From assembly GCA_029717555.1 (NCBI GenBank), contig JAMDHS010000013.1, positions 1 to 64,000 on the forward strand: a stretch of 64,000 nucleotides of DNA, read 5' to 3'. Within the stretch, counting starts at the first letter, position 1; every line of letters begins with the position of its first letter. The stretch is from Peribolospora baueri (lineage: Eukaryota). The notes beneath the pieces were generated by a model. That model had not been told where the DNA came from. It did no database searches and saw nothing but the letters and a program-made list of their open reading frames with translations. The position numbers and the translations under genes are program-made. Positions 13,801-25,049 of the stretch are shown here, piece after piece.

Positions 13801-16242
13801 CTGCTTTGCAACAGCGTTCTGCAGCAAAAGTTGGCACCCCACGTCATCCTGCCAGAGGATGTGAAGAAGACGGACGTGTATGCGGTGGCATACGAGACCT
13901 TGACGACGCTGATCAGCTATAGGCGCATCTTCACCAAGGGGGAGCAGGACGAGATGGTCGAGGCGTTCATCAGCGGCCTCAGCTGGTCGACCAACACTGC
14001 CAAGCCTTGTGTTTCCGCGCTTACGATTGCTTGCTATGAGCTGGGCCCCTCGGTGACCAAGGTCCTCGCGGACCCGCTCATCATCAAGCTGTCGCAGATC
14101 ATGAGCTCGATGACGATGAGCGTCCGTATTCTCGAGCTCATAGCCACCGTCGGCCAGATTCCGTCGCTGTACAGCAATTTCACCGAAGCCGATTACAAGC
14201 GCGTCTTCGGCATCTCGCTCCAGTACATCCAGTACCACTCGAGCCCCGCTGCTGTCAACCGCGAAGACTTCCGGAGCAGTCCAGCCAACTTTGCCCTCAG
14301 CCAATACGTGATGATCATGGCCTATTACAACATCGTACTCTGGTTCACTGCGATAAAGCTGAACGATCGACACAAGCACGTACCCCACATCACTCGTGGA
14401 CTGTTACTGGCCAACGAGGGCAAGAAGTCGCTGGACGAGCAGACTGAGGTGTGCTTCGACATGCTTGCCCGCTTCACTCATTCGAGTGCCGACCCCAAGC
14501 CGAAGCGCTCGTTCATCAACGATCTGGTGATGAATCCCGACATAAGCGTGCGCGGGCCAGCTCATGTCCCTGGCAAAGGAGCTGGCACGAGCGAGGACAA
14601 ACGGGCGAGCAAGACGTGGCTCATGGGCAAAGGTTTGGTGACGATTACGACGCTCAAGAAGCAAGGCTGGGTCGAGCTTCTCGTCCGGCGACCGTCGGGT
14701 ACGATGGGCATGCTCTGTAAGCTCGAGAACGTGCCCGTCGTAGAGACGCCGGACGAAGAAAGCGACACGATGGCCTTACCCGCGGCGCTCATGATGCACC
14801 GTGACCCGGACGTCATGGCCGATCCCGTCCTCAGGGCGCCTGATTTGCCCTCCCTAGGCTGTGAAGAAGAATCTGAGGCGGTCGAGACAGGCACATCGGA
14901 CGCGCCTGCTGGGCATGACCGACACCAGAACCTTGACCGCATCCGCGGCCGACACCTGATAGGCATGACGCGGTTCGGTCTCGGCAAAAGGGCCAGGTCT
15001 AACTCATTTTCAGGCTCAATATCGCCCTCGCGTCATCCGGGACGAGAGCCTCCGGGACCGTACCGTCAGCCGACGTCACCCGTCCTCGCAGCTTTCGACC
15101 GCGATCACAAGACGGAGGCAGTCACTGCCGAAGAGCAGCAACAATTGCAGGAGCACGCTGGCACAGATGAGCAAATTACCACGGATACGGCGACCATGTC
15201 ACCGGCTCGGCAAGACATTATGGACAGCGTCTTTGCTACGAGGAAAGCTCCAGCGCAGATGGGCCGTGGTCGTTCCGGGTCAACAGCCGCCACCCGGGCC
15301 GTCTCCACCTTCTCCCGCCCGCCGATGGAGATTTCCGTTGATCCCGCGTTCGTCGCTCTCCAGCTGTCTTCCTATCCCGATATCGCTCTCGAACGTGCGC
15401 CGCTCCTCTTGCCCAACGAACCTGCGACGGATCGGATGCTCAAAGCGATGGACCTAACGCCCGTGGTCGATTTCCACAAGATCGGTGTGCTGTACGTCGG
15501 GCCGGGACAAAAACTCGAACGGGACATCTTGGGTAACAGGCACGGCTCGCCGAGTTACACCCGCTTCCTCTCGGGGCTCGGACGGCTCATTCGTCTTAAA
15601 GGTTCGGACGAGTTCTACACCGGTGGACTCGACCAACATGGGGACGAACATGGCAAGTACGCCTATGCATGGTGGGACGACATCTCGCAGATCATTTATC
15701 ACACCGCCACGTTGATGCCGAACCGGGCCGAGGACCCGTCGCACGCCGCAAAGAAAGCGCTCATCGGCAACGACTGGGTGCACGTCGTCTTCAACGAAAG
15801 CGGCCATGATTACGAGTTTGGTACGATCCCAAGCCAGTTCAACTTTGTCAACATCGTCATTTCACCGCATTCCGTCGGCGGTCCAGCCCTTGTGAGCTTG
15901 GGACCGGATGAGAGCACGTTCTATCGTGTCTTGCTGCAACGTCGTCCCGACATGCCCGAGTTCGGACCCATTGGCGAGTTCAAGCTTGTGAGCGCCACAG
16001 CACTGCCTCACCTCATCCGACACCTCAGCCTGCACGCCAACCTCATCTCTCAGGTCTTCCTCGAAACCGGCATGGAGATGACCGAGTACGTGAGCAACTG
16101 GCGCCAGCGACTTCGCATCATCAATCGGTGCCGTGACCGTCTCGAAGGGGCTCGGAAGACTCGAGTCCTCGACGCCCACGAATCCGGCTTGATCGACCTC
16201 GAGCCGACGACCGACCGGCACGACTTTGTCGGCATTTTCTGA
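7820..16242 (+). CDS. TSC2: Tuberin / TSC2 Rheb GTPase-activating protein, about 2,783 aa; one intron 10392-10462
   Basis: C-terminal Rap-GAP domain (VVDFHKIGVLYVGPGQ, IIYHTATLMP, KKALIGNDWVHVVFNESG, IPSQFNFVNIVISP) and tuberin domain (ERDWELLSYLLCHLPHQLGNKHLF). A GTGAGT...ctgac...GCAG intron joins the 888-aa and 1939-aa ORFs in frame. Confidence 0.92.
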
Positions 16243-16929
16243 ATTTATTGGCCGAACCGCGCGGACTTCGTTCCGCGCCCTCACCCTCCTTTCTTCCTAC
16301 ACATCCCTCTTTTTCGCCATCGTGCTGTCCAATTTCTTCCGTTCTTTCGGCTTCGTCGCCCTCCTCGCTCGCTTCACATTGATACCCCCTCTTTGCATTC
16401 TTCGACCGCCAAAAACGCAACTCCAAGCGCAACTGTTCGCCCACGCCCCATCAGCGAACCCAACGCAGCAATAAAGCACCCTACTTCCTTCGCTCCTTTG
16501 TTTCCTCGCTCTCTCTTCCTCCGCGACACGGCGCCTGCTAAGGTATTCTTGCTCCGAGTTTTTCGACTTATCAATGTCAAGTCGCGTGTCTTTATTCTTC
16601 TTGTCTCACCATGTATTAACAGTTCCACTCTGCGCCGTCCATAAGGTAGTCACTTCGTCGATCAATCGATCAGTCAACTAACAACTGTCAGCACTGTTCC
16701 GTCGTCTCTGCTCGAATAACTTGGAGAGGCGCATACTCTCGTCCGAACCTGCTCGATTGCGTCAGAACTCATGCGACGTATTCGTCAATGTCTGCACATC
16801 GCGTCGTCTAACACATCGTATCGTACACGCGGGCAACATGTCATGAAAACTGGTGGTCGTATCCGTTTAAAATGCGGGTGAATAAAGGAATGAGGGATGA
16901 AAGGATGAGTGGGAAGGGACAAAACACAA

Positions 16930-18937
16930 TCACGGCAGGACGCTCGGCATGGGAGCACCGATCGCTTCGGATCGGTTGAAGAGGATGTCTTTGAGAACTT
17001 GGGTAATCAGTCCATGCTGTGCCTCTACTGAAATTTTGGTGCTGTGGACGCACGGAATGCAGGATCGGCCGAAGCCGTCAAGTCAGCCTCAGCGCACACG
17101 GATAGTAATCACAAGCTTAGAACGGGTTGTCTAGGCGAACGGCCGCCCGGATCAACATTCAGAGCACAAAGGCGGGCTGCGACGGACTCACCTATCCCGA
17201 ACGGCCTTGGCAATCGGCGTCTCCTCTTCCACCTTCCTCCTCTCCGCCGCTCCCGGTAGCTCAGTCTCCTTGCCCTTGCCTTTGCCTTTGCCCTTGCCTT
17301 GTTCAGTTGACGAGGGCCGGCCGGAAGCGGCACCAGAAGCGTCGGGCCCATTAGGTCCTCCTCCGATAGCGGCAGGGGAGAGGGAAGGCGAGGTGATGCT
17401 CGCGGAGCGGGCTTGGAGAGAGGGAGTGGCTTGACGGAGTTTTGCTGACAGGTCAGTGATCTGGCCGACGGCATAGGCACGGTTCTGGGCAAAGCCGAAA
17501 GCCGGTACAGTGACAGAGACGGCGGAAATGCGAACGAGATCATTCAAAGGCCGCCTCTCCGTCTATAAATGCGAACTGATTCAAGACTACTCACGCTGAC
17601 GAGTGGACTCTGACTGAGCGTATTGACCCAGTACTTGTTCCAGAGCAGACCGAGAAGCTTGGTATCCAGAGTGCTCTTGAAGATGCTGACCTCAAGGTTG
17701 TAGTAGCGGTCTGCGTGTACTCCAAAGTCCTCGATCTTGGAGAGCGGGATGGACTGGTATTCGGACTGAGCTGCGCCCGGAGGCTTGTAGTCCTGTAGGC
17801 CGGTCGAATTTCGCCCGAGATGGACATGATGGAAAATAAATGTCTCGAGGGACGACGGTAAACGAAAGCACCTGCGTCCTAGCCTGACTCACCTCAGGAT
17901 AAGTGCGGAAAGCGCCGATGTCCACTTTACCAGCAGAGATCGTGCGGTTGGGGTCAATCTACAACGGAGCAATACCAAAGCCCGGATTCAGGACTGTGCG
18001 CCGGATTACCTCTCCGTGCAAAGATAAACTCACGACAACAGCCACCCAAGGATCCTGGTACGTCTGGTTGAGCATCTGCGTGTTAACGTCAATTCCGGAT
18101 AGCCAACAGCCGTAGCCGGGGTGGGAATGGTACCATCCGACGGCGTTCTCCAGCCGCCCGACCTGGACGACAACGAACATTCGCGACGTAAAGATCATCA
18201 AACCTTGCGTCAGTACACACACAACACCGCAGTTTCCCATCAAGTGATCTCTCCGATCTCCAATTCACCGCTTTGCTGCTCTCCAAGTACTCGACCATAT
18301 ACTCATACGCCTCTCCCACCGCGTTGACCCTCGTCTCGGTGCCTTGGACGGGCAGGGCGAAAGCGTCCATAATGTAAACGGTATCTCCGTGCACCTTGCC
18401 TTGCATCAAGCCCATAATCTCGTACACGCCTCCGGAGCGAGCGTGCATGACCTGCTCGCGGAGGAACGAGAGCAAAGGGAGACCAGCAGGACGGGACAAT
18501 TAAGCTTTGATTCTGGGCGGCCAGGCCGTCAGATCTGGAAAAGAAAAACAGGCGAGGTAGGTGAAAGACGCACCATCTTGATCAGCGCAACTGCCGAGAT
18601 CCGGACCTTTTTGAAGTGGTTGGGACTGTGGAGAACACGAGAAAAGGAGCATCGTCGATCCGCCGTGAATCATCCTTACACATTTGAGTGGAATCATTCG
18701 GAGGCCATAGTCACGGCCTCCCAAGCTATCTCTGTCCGGTGAAGCGTCCACTCGCTTGGCCATAGCTGCAATAGGATTAGACGTCCAGCCCGAAACTCAC
18801 TCGTTCTTCCAGGGCTTCTCGGCCGACACCCTCTTCTGCTCCGCCTCATCGTACCGAAACACGGCATCGACAGAAGGGTCTACAGTCTGAACGTCGTTGC
18901 TAATCTCAAAAGACTTTTGGGCCGTCTCCGCGTCCAT
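16930..18937 (-). CDS. RRI1: COP9 signalosome subunit 5 (JAMM deneddylase), multi-exon
   Basis: [37 protein letters not shown] motif [27 protein letters not shown]. Last exon [19 protein letters not shown]...VLP*. Confidence 0.95.
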
Positions 18938-19495
18938 CTTGCCTTTTGTTGTTGACGAGCAAGGATGGGCGATGCTGCCTGCTAGGTGGAGGATTGGGCT
19001 GCAGTGCTCACTGCTGGTCTTGACGAGGTCGGGGCCGGGGCGCGAGAATTGGAGCCGCTCTCGGTGTGCGGGTGATCGGCGACAGCAGGCCGTGGGAGAA
19101 ATCGAGGCTGCGGCATCCATGCATAAGACGGCCTGGCCGCTCGTTCTTCTTAACGACTACTAGAAGTGGAGAGAGCTTGTCGTTTCGATCTACATATTCG
19201 CGCGAGCCATCAGGCAAAAGCTCTTTGGGGACCTCGGCAAGCCGTGCACTGTCAAGCGCCAAGAAGGGAAAGTGGTGAGCAATCAGACTTGTCGTTGTCG
19301 TCGTTCGTCGTCGTCTTCTCCGCGAGTTGCTGTCGCTGGACGCACGACTGCTCGTGGCTCTCCGCACGCTCTCAGTCAGCAGCACGTCAAGGATCAACCC
19401 GGCTGACCTCGTCCCCGTCAGCCCTTCTCTCTCGTCCTCCCTTTCCGCGCTTCTCTTTGCCGCACTCAGTCCACCGGAATCGAACTGACGAAAGG

Positions 19496-19951
19496 ATGCC
19501 CCTTTACGCGGACCTGTGCGTGCGCCTCCAAAACGCCTCCATGGCGCGCCTCCGATCGGTGGCCGTGCCATCGACGTCGGACAACCTGTCCATCGCCTCC
19601 ATCCTCCTTACCCATGGCTTCGTACACAACGTCGTCCGAGGCACCGACCTCGGTCCTTCCCCGTCCTCCTTCCTCGCCGCCCCGCTCCCCCGACGAAGAT
19701 TGTGGATCGACCTAAAGTACCGGGACGAGAGGCCGGTGCTGAGCACGATGCGGGTGGTGAGCAAGCCAAGCAAGCGCATCTTCATGGACCCCGACGAGCT
19801 GGTACGCTTCTCCACGGGCAGGAGGGCGAGGATGGTGAAGCCACTGGAGATGGGCGAGATCGGCATCGTCAAGACGAGGGACGGGTGGAGGGAGGCGAGG
19901 GACGCTTTGAGGGAGCAGAAAGGTGGTGAGCTCGTTTGCAGGGTCGCCTAA
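19496..19951 (+). CDS. MRPS8: Mitochondrial small-subunit ribosomal protein uS8m; probable 5'-UTR intron 19275-19421
   Basis: MPLYADLCVRLQNASMARL...LLTHGF...LWIDLKYRDERPVLSTMRVVSKPSKRI...GGELVCRV, an S8-family pattern. Confidence 0.88.
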   Translation: MPLYADLCVRLQNASMARLRSVAVPSTSDNLSIASILLTHGFVHNVVRGTDLGPSPSSFLAAPLPRRRLWIDLKYRDERPVLSTMRVVSKPSKRIFMDPDELVRFSTGRRARMVKPLEMGEIGIVKTRDGWREARDALREQKGGELVCRVA

Positions 19952-20231
19952 CGGCTCCCCGGTCCGTCCACCTGTCCACGCGAACGCAGGCCGCTTTCGG
20001 CTTCTCACGGGAAGGAAAGGAGAGGAGGAGGAGGAAAGAGTCCCGCCTGCCTACGATCGGGCCGGGACTTGCATGCTACTAGGCTAGCCGTTTTATCTGC
20101 CCATGTATTATCGCATCTCACATCGCACGCAAATCGTTTCGGGAACCCCCCCCCATTCCCCCCAACATCCGATTCTCCCTCACACCGACCGACGCAAAGC
20201 CCCGCTCGGGGGAGGGGGGGGGGGGCGTCGC

Positions 20232-22886
20232 CTACAAAAAGTCGATCCCGATGCCGAGCTGCAGCCCCTTTCTATACCCGTCTTGCTTCCTCGCCACGAG
20301 TGGCAAGCCGGCGTTGAGCTCGACGCGCACGCCGCCGAGGTGGTAGATGATGCCGAGACCGGCAGAGACGGAAGGGAAGAGGAGAGAGGAGGCCGAGGTG
20401 GAAAGGGATTCGACGAGGGGTTTGGCTGTGACGACGGAGGACGCAAAGAAGAAGAAAAGGAAGAAGCTCTACCGGTCAGCTCGAAGCGAACGGAACGGCG
20501 TCTCATGCGGCGGCCCGGCGTCAATTCGACGGACGGACGACACGCACTCGGATCGATCTGCGAGAGCTGCCCGGCGTTGACGAACGCGTGCGCCTTGATC
20601 GGCCAATGCTCTTTCTTCGGTACGGGACCGATGAGACTCAGGCCCGTCGCCCACATAAGGTCTCCTCCGAGCGAGTCGACTGTGGGAGAAAATCACGAAA
20701 ATCACGACGATGGAAAGAATGAGCGCGAACCTTTGAAGCGAGGAGAACGAAAAAAAAGACACCCACATCCATCCTTAGGCCCGAGACTGTTGAGTCGGAA
20801 CATGCGTAGGCTAGTGGGCCCGCCAAGGTGAAGGCGGTCGCTGAAGAGGGTGGGCTTGCCGTTGAGCGGCCGAACGACGCCCGTGCGAGCGGAGAGTGAT
20901 ACGGACTGGGTGATTTGTCGAAATGGAGGAAAGTCATGGAGGAAGAAGGAGACCCGCTTGATGAGCCTGCCGAAGAGAGAGCCTTGCGAGCATGAAGGAA
21001 AACAGAAAAGTTTGCAGCTCACCCAGTCCGCGCCCAGGCTCCTCGAAGTCTGCGCGTCGGCCTCCAACTTGACAAACTCTGCGTCGCCTCCCAAGCCGGC
21101 ATACTCCTGCCTGAGGCGAAGATAGGCTCCTCGAGTAGCTTCGAACGGGTCGTCGCGGGTGTCGCGGAGGAAGGAGTGGGAGAGAGAGGACTTGATCGAG
21201 TGGCCCGCCAGTTGGCGCATGCTGCCGCCGGGTCGGAAACGAGAAGGCAGTTAAGCTGGTGCGAATGGGAGCTCAAGCAACCGACGCTCGTCCTCGCCGA
21301 CAAAGGTAGACGAGAAGGAGGAGGAGGAGGAGGAGTCCAACATCGGGCTCACCTCATGGACGCCTCTGGGGTGAAATGCCCTAGATGACGCCAAGTGGCT
21401 TCGTACGCTAGTTCATGGATGCCCAGGCCGGATAGGGTCTGTCACGTACAAGACGATGGAACGATAATCAAATCAAGCCTTCGTCGCAACTTCGGTGAGC
21501 GCTCGAGCGCGAACGAACGCACCTTCAACTTGGCCGTCAACCCTTTTGCAATCTCATGGGCACCCGCGAAACTCGTATAGTCCCTATCCAAGCTGAACGC
21601 GCCCGCCTCGACGGTGGTGTCTGGGTCGGCGTTGACGGGCGTAGACAGGGAGAGCTGGATAGCCTTACGGGTTTTGGTGCCGAAGGACGCGGAGCCTTCG
21701 ATGGTTTCTGCGCCACCGAACGCGTTGCGGATGCGCACGACGGCGGCCTGGTGGGATTAGGGTGGCAGAGAGGGAAGAAGAACGCGAAGGCGGAGAGAAG
21801 GAAAAGAGGAGGGGAGACATGATGGGGACCGTCAGAGGACGAGAGGAACGCGGCGCACACACAAGTCCACTTACCGCGCTTCCTTCGCCATTGCCCACGT
21901 CCGTCGAGCTCTTGGCCCAGACCCTACTCTTCTCCTTGACGCGAAGCACGACGTCGACGTCTCTCTCGTCGGCAAGCAAACTGGGACTCTGCTCAATGTT
22001 GGCATCAACGGAGCTGAAAATGTCGAAGCGCTGGAGGTCGGATCCCACGCTTCGGACGGTGTGGAGGACGTCACGGAGAGTTTGGGGGTGAGGCTGCGTG
22101 TCAGCGGGAGATCCGCCTTGCGGTGAAGGGGATGATGTGGATGGAGGGAAAGGATTGAGATGAGACAGGAAGGAGGCAAAGGCGGAGGTGGGGCCGGACG
22201 AGGAGCCGGAGCGAGGGGCGAGGTAAGGCGTGCAGACTTTGGCGAGGAAGGAGGAGCGCGTCCGGTCGGCGCCCTCGATGCGGATGGCGTTGAGTCTGAA
22301 GGGCCTGTCGAGAGACTCGTCCACCTTTGAAGAGGATAAAAAGAACAAAAATGAGGACGGAAAAATATGAGAGGACGGACAGAGCAAATGGTGTGAGAAG
22401 AGGAGAGAAGCGCTCACCAGACTAGCCAACTTCCTGCTGGCCCTCTCATACTCGCCCCTCAACCTCCTCTCAATCCTCTCCTCCTGCCACTTTTGCTGCC
22501 TCTCCGCCTCCTCCGGGTCTAAGAACAAAGTCGTGGACGACGGCGAAGGACGTCGGTGGGCGTCGGCGGACGACTCGTTTTGGGTCGCCGTCGCCGAGCT
22601 GGAGCCAGGAGGTGGTGGTGGGGGGGGAGCGTCACGAGGGGAGGACGTGTCGGCAAGCGGTGGACGGAGGTCGACGACGATAGGAGGGCCGGTAGGCAGC
22701 TGGGTGCGATGAAAGTGAGAAGGACGATGAGCGAGCGGTGCCGCGTAACGACGCTCCCTCGCACCTCGTCCATGCAGGTGAGACTGGACGAGGGAGGGCA
22801 AGAAGGGAAGGGACGGGCACGCGTACCTCGTCGTCGGCTGGCCCACCTTGGGCGCCTGTCTGTCCACGCGAACCAGCTTGAACCAT
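20232..22886 (-). CDS. SAM50: Sam50/Tob55 mitochondrial outer-membrane Omp85-family beta-barrel protein, multi-exon; start uncertain (22886 or 22773)
   Basis: POTRA-like IRIEGADRTRSSFL...LQRFDIF, IRNAFGGAET, SSLSHSFLRDTRDDPF, EYAGLGGDAEFVK, HAFVNAG and C-terminal beta-signal GLQLGIGIDFL*. Confidence 0.9.
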
Positions 22887-24017
22887 CCTACGTCTCCCGT
22901 CCGGTCGTCCGAAGCCAAAGCCGAAGCCGAAGCCAGAAAGAGCGAGGGCTGGAAAGTGGGAAGAAGATGAGTGCAGTGCGATGACCGACGCTGACGCCGG
23001 GACGACGACTGACGACTGACGTGACCGCCGACAGAAAGATGGCCCGAGCGCCCGCCCGCCATCCTTCTCGTCGATCACGCGCTGCGGCACGGGGGAAGAA
23101 GGGGGAGCAGCTTCCTTCTGCTTTTGCCTTGTGCGAGGGCGGGAAAAACGGGCCGTCGGCGGCGACACGTCAGAGCCGGATCCAGCTGAGGGCGAGGGAG
23201 GGGTTCGCCTGTTCGACGGGAGCATGCATGACCGTGTGCCACACGCCCTCCCTAGACGTCCCACCATCTGCGGTGAGACGGAGGGAATACGAGAAGAAAG
23301 AAAAGAGGCTCCGGAAATGAAAGAGGGAGGCGGCGTCCGCCCGTCCGCCCGTCCGTCCTGCGGTCGTTCAAGACGTTGAGCCAAGGTCGTACGGAGACGA
23401 CGACGACGGCGTTGCATTTCGTCTAGTCTAGGTTGCGCTCGGCCGCCGTGTCGGGGCCATGTCGCTACGGCCCTTCCCACATCCCCGACTCTACGTACGT
23501 ACGTGCGTGCGTGCGTAGGTGCCTGAGGAACGACGGAAAAAACTAGATTTCCGGAGGGCGGGCACGAAAAAAAGAGAAAACTAATTACATCGGGGTGTGC
23601 CCCCTTCCTTTAACAAAGGGAATCTAGAAACAGGGGCGAGGGCCGAGAAGAAAGAAGAGGGCTAGTGTCTTGTCTTGTCTTGTGTGGTCGGGTCAGGTCA
23701 GGCCGAGACGGCGGGGGGGGGGGGTCCGGACGGGCCGCGTCGGGGTCTTGTCGTGCACCTCCCCAGCCAGCGGGTAGGACTCGAACGAGCGATGACGGTT
23801 GGGTTGGGTTGAATTGTGAATGGGAATAATGGGGGAAGGGGGGGGGGGGCTTCGCTGACCGCTACACTGCGTACCTAGTCTACATGGCGCCGCGAGACGG
23901 AGAAGCAAGGTGAGGGAGAGCGTCCGGGGGAGGGAGGGAGGCGGGAAGGAACGGTTGGAAGGACGAGGACGGGCAATCCCGTCGAGGTGGGTGGGCGCTT
24001 GGTGATGATGGGCGAGC

Positions 24018-25049
24018 TCACATCGTCTTGAAGATGTACAAGCCGACGAGAGCGACGCCATATCCAAGGACCTGCAGCGGAGTGATGGAGCTGCCAAGGA
24101 GGACGACGGAGGAGACGATGAGGAGGATGTCCTTGAAGACGCCAGCGAGGGTGAGGGTGAGGCTGCTGGCGGCGCCGATAAGGAAGACGAGGGCGACGTT
24201 GAGGCCAAAGGCGACGGAGGCGTTGGAGAGGAGGACGAAGGGCCCGAGCTTGGGGAGGTCGAGGAAGGGCGCCCAGCCCTCGGTGAAGGGGATAAGGAGA
24301 CCGTTGATGCCGGCGCAGACGGGGGCAAAGTAGTAGAGCGAGACGAGGGGGTCCATCTTGAGTCCTTGGAGGAGGACCTGGATCATGACGAGTCGGCTGG
24401 ACTCGAAGAGGATGCCCAGCACTTGGCACACGAATCCCTCAAAGGCAAACTCGAGCTCTCCGTAGGAGGCGACGCAGACGCCCGAGCTGATCAGACACAC
24501 GACCCACACCAGCTGCGGGTTGGCCGTCTTGAGCTTGAAGGCGAAGGAGAGGAGGAGAACGGCAACGGGGGTGAAGGCCTTGAGCATCTGGATGAAAGAG
24601 ACGCTGAGCGTGAGGTAGGCCATGTTGCTGAAGACGAGGGAGCCGGAGAAGAGGGCGCCGATGGGGAGGATGTTCTTATACCACCTCTCCCACGTCATCT
24701 CGACATCGCGGAGGCCGTCGAGCAAAGGGGTGAAGCGGTGGAGGAGGCGGGTGCCGACGGTGGCAAAGGCGAGATGGAAGGTGGTGAGGAAGACGGGGTG
24801 CTTAAAGTCGAGGGAGGAGAGGATGTACTTGTTGTACACGATCACCGCCGAGCTCAGCGCGATCCACAAGCTGATGATCACCGCGGGGTGCATCTTCTTC
24901 TTGGCGTCCTGGGCGCCGCCGGAGGAGCCGGAGCCGGAGGCGGGAGGAGGAAGGGAGGGAGAGGAGGAGGAAGAGCGAAAAGTGGCACCGGTTCCCTTCT
25001 CATCCATCTCGAGAGCCGTGTGATCGTCGTCTTTGCGGTCGAGGGCCAT
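24018..25049 (-). CDS. Triose-phosphate/nucleotide-sugar transporter family (SLC35/TPT) membrane protein, intronless, 343 aa
   Basis: About ten hydrophobic helices. Motifs IVYNKYIL, PVFLTTFHL, SNMAYLTLSVSFIQMLKA, SLYYFAP, SLTLTLAGVFKDILLI. Very high GC3. Confidence 0.9.
   Translation of the reverse strand: MALDRKDDDHTALEMDEKGTGATFRSSSSSPSLPPPASGSGSSGGAQDAKKKMHPAVIISLWIALSSAVIVYNKYILSSLDFKHPVFLTTFHLAFATVGTRLLHRFTPLLDGLRDVEMTWERWYKNILPIGALFSGSLVFSNMAYLTLSVSFIQMLKAFTPVAVLLLSFAFKLKTANPQLVWVVCLISSGVCVASYGELEFAFEGFVCQVLGILFESSRLVMIQVLLQGLKMDPLVSLYYFAPVCAGINGLLIPFTEGWAPFLDLPKLGPFVLLSNASVAFGLNVALVFLIGAASSLTLTLAGVFKDILLIVSSVVLLGSSITPLQVLGYGVALVGLYIFKTM

Noticed and set aside
20146..20225. C-run and G-run between the convergent MRPS8 and SAM50 ends (possible hairpin or G-quadruplex)
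   Set aside because: Homopolymer tracts are common throughout this window; nothing specific supports function.
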